The notes under the pieces: model-generated
Databases searched by the model: none
Told to the model about the DNA's origin: nothing
What the model saw: only the letters and a program-made list of their open reading frames with translations
Shown: positions 17,848-24,316 of the stretch, piece by piece
Layout of the letters: the number at the start of each line of letters is the position of its first letter
How positions within the stretch are numbered: the first letter of the stretch is position 1
Made by a program: the position numbers and the translations under genes
Source: Geobacter metallireducens GS-15
GTDB lineage: Bacteria; Desulfobacterota; Desulfuromonadia; Geobacterales; Geobacteraceae
Assembly: GCF_000012925.1 (NCBI RefSeq)
Contig: NC_007517.1
Coordinates: forward strand, 120,001-152,000
Reading direction: 5' to 3'
Length of the DNA stretch: 32,000 bases

Positions 17848-17861
17848 AGTGGATTTCAGAC

Positions 17862-17894
17862 TACCCGCTTCAGAAAAAAGAGACAACCCCCTTC
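17862..17894 (-). terminator. Rho-independent terminator after the MshEN-GAF gene
   Basis: The minus strand reads CCCCCT-gaaga-AGGGGG followed by TTGTCTCTTTTTTCTG. It lies about 22 nt downstream of the stop at 17916. Confidence 0.55.
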
Positions 17895-17915
17895 TTCAGG
17901 GGGCGCCTTTTTCCG

Positions 17916-19028
17916 TCACGTCATCAGGATCTTGTTTTTCAGGATGAGAACCTCGAAGGCAAGGACCCCCTTGCGGGCAACGACCTGGAGGCTCTCCTGC
18001 CTGGCGCCGAGGAGCTCCACCCCACCCACGGCGCAGAGGATGGCCACCACCCGCTTGTTCATAACCAGGGGTACGAGGATCATCCCCTCGGGCTTGTCCC
18101 CCCCCAGGGCCTTCAGCAGCCTGAGGTTTGCGGGAGTACCGGCCACGGGACCATGGTAGAGGACCCGGGCCTTGGTCACCGACAGCATTACTGACGGCTC
18201 GTCGAGGCCGATTCTCAGTTCGTCGAACCGGGGGACCGGGTTTCCCCCATCGAGGGCCATCCACCCCGCCACGGCATCCCGGGTGACGAGGAGGAGCGCT
18301 GCCCGGCCGAACTCCTGACCCACGTAGTTCAGGATGGCCCGCGCCACCGCATCCCGGTCAGGGGCATCGACCAGCTCGCGGGAGAGGGTGTCGATGGTGT
18401 GCCGCTTGGCGGCTTCGATCCGGGTAGCGTCGTACCCCCCCTCTCCCCACGGAAAAAATTCCTCCCCCTCCGCGGGGAGCGTCGAAAAGTCGACCACCTC
18501 GCGCGGAGCGGCGATGGCCGCGTCAGCGGGTTTCGGCTGGTAGCTGCAGACCCTTCTCCCCCCCAATCCCTTCGACACCGGCAGATACCGCAACTCCCGC
18601 TTGATGCCGTAGTACTTTTCGAGGGCCATCAGGAGCCTGATCTCCGGGGCCACCAGCGGCACGATGACATGGCCGGTCCTGAAGGCTATCTGATCAATGG
18701 CGGGAAGATCGGACGGATCGGCCATGACGAGGAACAGCCGCCGGTTCTCCAGTCTGAGGGGGACCACCTGGTACTGCTCCACCACCTCCAACGGCACCGC
18801 CTCTATAATGGCAGGGGAGATGTTCATCAGCTCGTCCGGGTCGACGCAGGGGACCCGCAACTTCTCACTCAGGACCCTCGCCAGTTCCTCCTCGTCGATG
18901 CATCCCATCTCGACAAGGTTCGTTCCGAGCCGTCCTCCGAAGATGACCTGGCTCCTCAAAGCCTCATCAAGCTGGTCCGGCGTGATCCGGCCTGTCTTGA
19001 CCAGCATTTCTCCAAGTCTAAGCGCCAT
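17916..19028 (-). CDS. MshEN (T2SSE_N)-domain protein with C-terminal GAF-like domain (370 aa); predicted c-di-GMP receptor
   Basis: The N-terminus carries two tandem 24-residue motifs, RLGEMLVKTGRITPDQLDEALRSQ and RLGTNLVEMGCIDEEELARVLSEK, joined by the 5-residue spacer VIFGG. This matches the RLGxx(L/V/I)(L/V/I)xxG(L/V/I)(L/V/I)xxxxLxxxLxxQ pattern. There is no ATPase domain. AGGAGG lies upstream of the ATG at 19028. Confidence 0.8.
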   Translation of the reverse strand: MALRLGEMLVKTGRITPDQLDEALRSQVIFGGRLGTNLVEMGCIDEEELARVLSEKLRVPCVDPDELMNISPAIIEAVPLEVVEQYQVVPLRLENRRLFLVMADPSDLPAIDQIAFRTGHVIVPLVAPEIRLLMALEKYYGIKRELRYLPVSKGLGGRRVCSYQPKPADAAIAAPREVVDFSTLPAEGEEFFPWGEGGYDATRIEAAKRHTIDTLSRELVDAPDRDAVARAILNYVGQEFGRAALLLVTRDAVAGWMALDGGNPVPRFDELRIGLDEPSVMLSVTKARVLYHGPVAGTPANLRLLKALGGDKPEGMILVPLVMNKRVVAILCAVGGVELLGARQESLQVVARKGVLAFEVLILKNKILMT

Positions 19029-19090
19029 ACGGTGCGTTTACCTCCTGATTCTGAGCGCCTTCGCGACGCGTCATGATAGAGAGCCGCGGA

Positions 19091-19855
19091 TCAGTGAGCC
19101 AATGGCGCCAGCGGGGCCGCGGGCGCATGGGGAGCCGCGGGGGCCATCGGCGCCAGAGGGAGAGCCGGTGCCCGCGGAGAAGGCGGTTCATGGGAAGCCG
19201 GCGCAAGACCTTCGCCAATGAGGTCCCTGCCTCCCCCGCGGGGGAGGGGCCAGCCGCCACCAACCGCTCCGCCGTCATTACCCCGGGGGGAAAAGACTTC
19301 CCCTTCCCCGGCCGGTGCAGACCGCTCCACACCGATCATGGCGCCGTCCACCACAACGACTGCCAAAGCACAGAGGCAAAAGCCGAGATAGAGATTTCTC
19401 ACCACCAGATTGCCGCGGCCCGCCAGATTGTAGGCCAGGGAGAAGAGGGCCGGTATAAGCGCCATCTCAACTCCGTAGATCCAGGCGTGGATCGTCATCC
19501 CATGCCGGAGCAGCCCCAGCAGGGCACAGCCAAGCACAACGACGCAGAATACACAATTCGGGACCGAGCGAAAAAAGCTCCCGGCCGGCGAGGAAAGGCC
19601 CCGATCATCCCCCTGCACGCGATGGCCGGCCGCCATCTCTCCCGATGCACGCATTTCATGATATGAAACGATTGACCGATGGGCCTCGATGACGAGGCGC
19701 AGCCGTTCCTCGGCTCGCCGCTGCATGATGGGGTCGGCGGAGAACCGGTCGGGATGCCACGCTGCAACCTGGTCGCGAAAGGCACGTTTTACCTCCGCGG
19801 GACTCGCGCCCGGCTTCAACTGCAACAGATCAAAGGCACGTTGCACATCGTTCAT
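19091..19855 (-). CDS. Membrane J-domain (DnaJ-like) protein with Pro/Ala-rich C-terminal tail (254 aa)
   Basis: The N-terminal J domain has the HPD motif (AFRDQVAAWHPDRF). About 3 hydrophobic segments follow (VFCVVVLGCALLGLL, IYGVEMALIPALFSLAY, LYLGFCLCALAVVVV). The tail is PPSPRAPALPLAPMAPAAPHAPAAPLAPLAH. Confidence 0.8.
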   Translation of the reverse strand: MNDVQRAFDLLQLKPGASPAEVKRAFRDQVAAWHPDRFSADPIMQRRAEERLRLVIEAHRSIVSYHEMRASGEMAAGHRVQGDDRGLSSPAGSFFRSVPNCVFCVVVLGCALLGLLRHGMTIHAWIYGVEMALIPALFSLAYNLAGRGNLVVRNLYLGFCLCALAVVVVDGAMIGVERSAPAGEGEVFSPRGNDGGAVGGGWPLPRGGGRDLIGEGLAPASHEPPSPRAPALPLAPMAPAAPHAPAAPLAPLAH

Positions 19856-19930
19856 GGCACACTAACCATCCCCACCTCAACGAGCGAAAAACTCCCGTTC
19901 ACAGGCAAGCAAATTACGAGCCAGCGAGAA

Positions 19931-19975
19931 AGCACTTTTCGCTCCGCGCATCCGGTGACATCTCCCAAAAGTGCT
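19931..19975. repeat. 9-bp inverted repeat agcactttt-N27-aaaagtgct in the divergent intergenic region
   Basis: Arms at 19931-19939 and 19967-19975. They lie between the J-domain gene (minus strand, start 19855) and the 120-aa ORF (plus strand, start 20100). Confidence 0.5.
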
Positions 19976-20099
19976 GTACTATTACTATACAACATTATTG
20001 CCGCCAGCCAGTAAGGTCACGGATCGGGAAACGCCACGAACCATCATTGCTCCTGGCACTGTGTGGCTGACATGGCCAGGCGGCGGAAGAGGAGGAGAC

Positions 20100-20462
20100 A
20101 TGACAGGACGTGAGATTGAAAAGGAAATTCGCGACGGGAGGAAGGCTGACCAACCGTTTATCAAGTGGTGCCGGAAGGAGAACGACTTTGTCGACTACGA
20201 ACTCGTTAACAGCTTCCTCGCCAGCGTGGGGAGCGGCGACGAGTTCGCCAGCTACGAACTCCTGACCATGGACCAGATGTGGAATGTGCTCAAGGAGTTC
20301 GACCCGAAAGGGGTATCGCGGGGGGAAAAAGGGGGCGAGGAGGTTATCTTCTGGGAGCAGACACTGGCTGATGGTACCACCAAGAACCGGGCCTGCCCCT
20401 ACACGCCCGACTCGCTCATCTCGGTCTTTGATGCGGTCACCAAGGGAAACCCGGTGGACTGA
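20100..20462 (+). CDS. Hypothetical protein (120 aa)
   Basis: ATG at 20100 preceded by GGAGGAG (20091-20097). MTGREIEKEIRDGRKADQPFIKWCRKENDF... I recognise no motif. The longer ORF start at 19971 has no SD. Confidence 0.5.
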   Translation: MTGREIEKEIRDGRKADQPFIKWCRKENDFVDYELVNSFLASVGSGDEFASYELLTMDQMWNVLKEFDPKGVSRGEKGGEEVIFWEQTLADGTTKNRACPYTPDSLISVFDAVTKGNPVD

Positions 20463-20474
20463 TAGAGGCGGTTG

Positions 20475-20876
20475 CTATGACGCGACCGGGGGGACTTTCG
20501 ATTTTTCTTCCTCGGTCGCTTCGTTATTCTCCGCAAAGCCGTAGAACTCCTCGATCACCTGCCGGCGGTCGCCGCCGGCGGATGACAACACGTCGGAGCG
20601 GACCAGGGAATCGATGTCTATCTTGCGGAAATTGAGGCCGATCCCCTGGTCGGTGGCTCTCACCACATTGGCCTCAAGGCTGAAGGAAAGCTCCGACGAC
20701 GAGCCCTGGAAAAACATTGCCACATCCACCTTCTCATGGAGGGGAATCTTCTGGTCGGTCCTGACGAAGAGCCCCTTCAGGCTCAGATTCTCCACCTCGC
20801 CCCTGAAGGTCAGGTCCCGATGACGGACAACGGCCTCGGTGCGGAGGTCAACCCGCTCGAACTTTCTCTTTTCCAC
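20475..20876 (-). CDS. PilZ-domain protein (133 aa), predicted c-di-GMP binding
   Basis: RKFER (RxxxR) and NLSLKG ((D/N)xSxxG) occur at the canonical spacing. I chose the GTG at 20876 because AGGGAGGAG lies 5 nt upstream. The ORF-track start (GTG at 20906) sits only about 6 nt after the candidate -10 box. Confidence 0.8.
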   Translation of the reverse strand: MEKRKFERVDLRTEAVVRHRDLTFRGEVENLSLKGLFVRTDQKIPLHEKVDVAMFFQGSSSELSFSLEANVVRATDQGIGLNFRKIDIDSLVRSDVLSSAGGDRRQVIEEFYGFAENNEATEEEKSKVPPVAS

Positions 20877-20911
20877 CCTAACTCCTCCCTTGGTCACTCT
20901 CGACACTGAAC

Positions 20912-20939
20912 ACTATATCTATCGGCAGGCGCGGCGCAA
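20912..20939 (-). promoter_or_regulatory. Candidate sigma70 promoter for the PilZ gene (TTGCGC-N16-TATAGT)
   Basis: On the minus strand, TTGCGC (20939-20934), 16-nt spacer, TATAGT (20917-20912). Confidence 0.45.
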
Positions 20940-21013
20940 TCTTTAGCAAAAAAGAGGGATGAGGGCATCCTAACAGAAATTCTCCGGCAGAGACAACGGA
21001 AACCTTGCCGTCG

Positions 21014-21871
21014 TCAGAACCCTCCCTTGTAGCGAAGGTACTTGGCCACCTGGTGGTATCCCTGCTCGAAGAGAAATTCCTTTTCCGCCGAACTGAGGGA
21101 AAAGGTGAGGGGGGAAACCGTGCCGCAGTGGATGGTAATGGTGTCCTTCCATCTCCCCCCCTTGAGAAATTCCCGGTCCATGGCGCCGTAAAAGATGGAG
21201 AGCAGGTCTGATCCGTAGCGCCGCAGACTCAGAACCGACGAGGCCGGCCGGCTTATGCTCCGCTTGGCGAAGGTCTTGATGGTGAGGGTGCGTCCCGCGT
21301 CGGCGCACTGCCCCTCGATGATCCCCGCCATGAGGGAGCCGTCGATGAAGACGTAGTCCCGCCCCCGGTGGGAATATTTCTTCCAGGCGAAAACCAGGGG
21401 AATCCCCATGGAAAAACGGACGGCGGCAGAGACCTTCAGGTCGGGGTGATTGTCGCCGCAGAGGAGGTGGGGGGTGTGGTTGAGAATGTCGGTGGCAACG
21501 ATGCCGAGGGGGATGCGCAAGCCGTCACCGAGATGCTTCCCCCCCAGCTTTTCATCCAGCCACCGTTCCAGGGCGTCCCCCCGGCAGACTCCCATGCCGG
21601 CCAGGGCGCCCCGGGGCGAGAAGTCCCGGAATGCCCCGATGTCGGTGTCAAGGGAGAGGCGGTGGAGTTCATCGGGAGAATACCCCGCGGCATAGAGGGC
21701 CGCCACGATGCTCCCCCCCGAGGCGCCGATGATTTTTCCGACGGGAATCCGCAGTTCCTCCACCGCCTTGAGGGCGCCGATGAACGCGGGGCAGCGGCTT
21801 CCGCCGCCGATGAACATGAGGGTCACCGGGCCGTTGGACGGCCCAGGGGACATGGTGTGATGGTTAGGCAT
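21014..21871 (-). CDS. Patatin-like phospholipase (285 aa)
   Basis: Oxyanion-hole motif GGGSRC, nucleophile elbow GASGG (GxSxG) and catalytic Asp in IDGSL (DG[A/G/S]). I chose the ATG at 21871 (MPNHHTMSPG...), preceded by a purine-rich GGGGGGAAA. Confidence 0.85.
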   Translation of the reverse strand: MPNHHTMSPGPSNGPVTLMFIGGGSRCPAFIGALKAVEELRIPVGKIIGASGGSIVAALYAAGYSPDELHRLSLDTDIGAFRDFSPRGALAGMGVCRGDALERWLDEKLGGKHLGDGLRIPLGIVATDILNHTPHLLCGDNHPDLKVSAAVRFSMGIPLVFAWKKYSHRGRDYVFIDGSLMAGIIEGQCADAGRTLTIKTFAKRSISRPASSVLSLRRYGSDLLSIFYGAMDREFLKGGRWKDTITIHCGTVSPLTFSLSSAEKEFLFEQGYHQVAKYLRYKGGF

Positions 21872-21946
21872 GACATTTCCCCCCTGAGATACTTCAACAC
21901 TGAAGTAAAGATAGCACAAAACAATCCTGCTGATGGATGCTGACTG

Positions 21947-22957
21947 CTAGCAGATGCGGGGGAGCTGCTCTCCGGCCAGCATCTCCACGGCCCGCATGCC
22001 GCCCACGGCGGTCTCCATCTGTACCCGGCCTCCCCCCTCAGCCACATGGCCGATGATGGCGGCATCCCTCCCGAGGCGATGCCCCTTGATGCGGGTCAGC
22101 ACCCTCTCCGCGGCCTCGGGGGCCACCACGGCCAGAAGCTTCCCCTCGTTGGCCACGTAGAGGGGATCGAGACCGAGGATCGAGCAGACCCCCTTCACCG
22201 CTCCGTTGAGGGGGAGGGTCTCCTCCCGGAGGGTAATAGTCTTATCGGACTGAAGGGCGATTTCCTTGAGGGTCGTGGCGACTCCCCCCCGGGTCGGGTC
22301 CCGCAGAACGTGGACCGCGTCGCCCCCTGCAGCGATGATCTCGGCCACGAGGTCGTTCAGGGCCGCGCAGTCGCTCCGGATGGCGGTCCGGAGGTCAAGC
22401 CCCTCCCGCTCGGCCATGACCGCGATACCATGGTCGCCGATGGTGCCGTTGATGATGACCACGTCGCCGGCCCGGGCGTTGGCGCCGTTAATGGCGAAAT
22501 CGTGCTCCACGGCCCCGATGCCGGAGGTGTTGATGAAGATTCGGTCCGCCTTCCCCCGGGGGACCACCTTGGTATCGCCGGTGACGATCCTGACCCCGGC
22601 GGCGTCGGCAGCACCCCGCATGGAGGCGAGGATCCCGGCCAGTTCGGTCCGGCTGAACCCTTCCTCGACAATGAGGCCGGCGCTGATGAAGAGGGGGCGC
22701 GCCCCCATCATGGCCAGGTCGTTCACGGTGCCGTTCACGGCCAGGCTTCCGATGTTGCCGCCGGGGAAGAAGATGGGGTCCACCACGTAGGAGTCGGTGG
22801 TGAAGGCGAGCCTCTGGCCGCCATGCTCCACCACCGCCGCGTCGTTCTGCCCGGCGAGGGGGATGCCCGAGAGGGTCGGGATGATGAGGTCGTCCAGGAG
22901 CTGGTGGGAAAGCTTCCCGCCGCTGCCGTGGCCCAGGAGGATGAGGTCTTTGTTCAC
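21947..22957 (-). CDS. hypE: Hydrogenase maturation protein HypE (336 aa)
   Basis: GTG at 22957 preceded by GGAGAA. The N-terminus is (V)NKDLILLGHGSGGKLS, the fold is AIR-synthase-like, and the C-terminus is the diagnostic PRIC. Confidence 0.95.
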   Translation of the reverse strand: MNKDLILLGHGSGGKLSHQLLDDLIIPTLSGIPLAGQNDAAVVEHGGQRLAFTTDSYVVDPIFFPGGNIGSLAVNGTVNDLAMMGARPLFISAGLIVEEGFSRTELAGILASMRGAADAAGVRIVTGDTKVVPRGKADRIFINTSGIGAVEHDFAINGANARAGDVVIINGTIGDHGIAVMAEREGLDLRTAIRSDCAALNDLVAEIIAAGGDAVHVLRDPTRGGVATTLKEIALQSDKTITLREETLPLNGAVKGVCSILGLDPLYVANEGKLLAVVAPEAAERVLTRIKGHRLGRDAAIIGHVAEGGGRVQMETAVGGMRAVEMLAGEQLPRIC

Positions 22958-22992
22958 AGGATTCTCCGAGCGGTCATATTCTTTGCTGCTGG

Positions 22993-24084
22993 TCACTGCC
23001 CATACTTGTACGCCGCCGCGCAGGTCCCCTCGGAGGAGACCATGCAGGCCCCCACGGGGGACTCGGGGGTGCAGGCGCCGCCAAAGAGGGGACAGTCGGT
23101 TGGGGCCGCTTTCCCCTTGAGGATCTCGCCGCAGAGACATCCCGCGTGTTCCCGGGTCTCCTCCACCGCCACGGGAATCGCCTTCTCGGCGTCAAACACG
23201 GCATAGGCGTCGGCGATCCGCAGGCCGCTCCCCGGGATGACCCCGATGCCGCGCCAGGGGGCATCGCAGGGGGTGAAGACCTCCCGGATCACCTCCTGGG
23301 CCTTGCGGTTCCCCTCAGGCCGTACCACCCTGCTGTACTGGGTCTCCACCCGGCTCTCCCCCGCCACCACCTGGCGGACGAGCATCTCGACCCCCTGCAT
23401 GACGTCCGCAGGCTCGAAACCGGTGATGACGCAGGGGATATGAAACTCCTCGGCCAGGAAGCGGTAGATCTCCGGCCCGGTGATGGTGCTCACGTGGGCG
23501 GGGCAGATGTAGCCGTCGATCTTCAGCTCCGGGTCGGCGGAGAGGACCCCCATGGGCTTGGGCATGGTCTTGTGGGCTGCCAGCACGAAGTAGTTGGCGA
23601 GCCCCTGCTTCTTCGCCGCCAGGATGCTCCCGCCAATGGCCGGGGCCGTGGTCTCGAAGCCGACGCCGAGAAAGACCACCCGCTTCTCCGGATTCCTGGC
23701 AGCAATGGCAACGGCGTCCAAGGGGGAGTAGACGATCCGGATGTCGGCCCCCCGGGCGCGCTCCTCCTGGAGGGACGACGTGGAGCCGGGGACCCGGACC
23801 ATGTCGCCGAAGGTGGCGACGATAACGTCGGGGAGCCGGCAGAGGGCCACGGCCCGGTCCAGGTACTCATTGGGGGTGACGCAGACCGGGCAGCCGGGTC
23901 CGGAGATGAGCCGCACCTGGGGAGGGAGGAGGGTGCGGAGCCCGTACTGATAGATCGACATGGTATGAGTGCCGCAGACCTCCATGAAGGTCATGGGCTC
24001 CGTACGCCCGGCCACGTGCTCCCTGATCCGGGCGGCAAGGCCCAGCACCACGTGGCGGTCGCGGAATTCGTCCTGGTATTTCAC
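22993..24084 (-). CDS. hypD: Hydrogenase maturation protein HypD (363 aa)
   Basis: MKYQDEFRD..., with conserved CGTH, GPGCPVCV and GFETT motifs. The GTG start overlaps the hypC stop (GTGA at 24081-24084). Confidence 0.95.
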   Translation of the reverse strand: MKYQDEFRDRHVVLGLAARIREHVAGRTEPMTFMEVCGTHTMSIYQYGLRTLLPPQVRLISGPGCPVCVTPNEYLDRAVALCRLPDVIVATFGDMVRVPGSTSSLQEERARGADIRIVYSPLDAVAIAARNPEKRVVFLGVGFETTAPAIGGSILAAKKQGLANYFVLAAHKTMPKPMGVLSADPELKIDGYICPAHVSTITGPEIYRFLAEEFHIPCVITGFEPADVMQGVEMLVRQVVAGESRVETQYSRVVRPEGNRKAQEVIREVFTPCDAPWRGIGVIPGSGLRIADAYAVFDAEKAIPVAVEETREHAGCLCGEILKGKAAPTDCPLFGGACTPESPVGACMVSSEGTCAAAYKYGQ

Positions 24085-24311
24085 GCCATGTCCTCCGGTT
24101 TGAACACCTCTCTCATGAGCCTCAGCGTCTCCTGCGCCTCCTCCTCATCGAGGCGGGAGATGGCAAAACCCGCGTGGACGATGACGAAATCCCCTTCCTT
24201 CACCTCTTCGTCGAGGAGCATGAGGCTCGCTTCCTTCCTCACGCCGTCGATCTCGGCAACGATGTCGCCGTCGCCGACGCTGACCACCTGCATGGGTACT
24301 CCGAGACACAT
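24081..24311 (-). CDS. hypC: Hydrogenase maturation chaperone HypC (76 aa)
   Basis: It starts MCLGVPMQVV, the invariant N-terminal MCL(G/A)(I/V)P of HypC/HupF. The rest of ORF 24081..24884 overlaps hypF and is rejected. Confidence 0.9.
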   Translation of the reverse strand: MCLGVPMQVVSVGDGDIVAEIDGVRKEASLMLLDEEVKEGDFVIVHAGFAISRLDEEEAQETLRLMREVFKPEDMA

Positions 24312-24316
24312 AGATC

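Noticed and set aside
19091-19200. GC-rich imperfect DNA repeats (gcgccag/ggggccgcggg-type) at the 3' end of the J-domain gene as a possible repeat element
   Set aside because: They are in frame and simply encode the Pro/Ala-rich low-complexity tail (APALPLAPMAPAAPHAPAAPLAPLAH). There is no evidence for an independent element.
20054-20070. Sigma54 promoter (TGGCAC ... GC) upstream of the 120-aa ORF
   Set aside because: The -24 hexamer is perfect, but the downstream GC is at GG-N9-GC instead of GG-N10-GC and there is no TTGC -12 element. It is kept only as a remark within a finding.
21938-21947. 10-bp palindrome ctgctagcag at the hypE stop codon
   Set aside because: It is too short and has no loop or T-tract, so it cannot act as a terminator. 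It is most likely a coincidence that includes the TAG stop.
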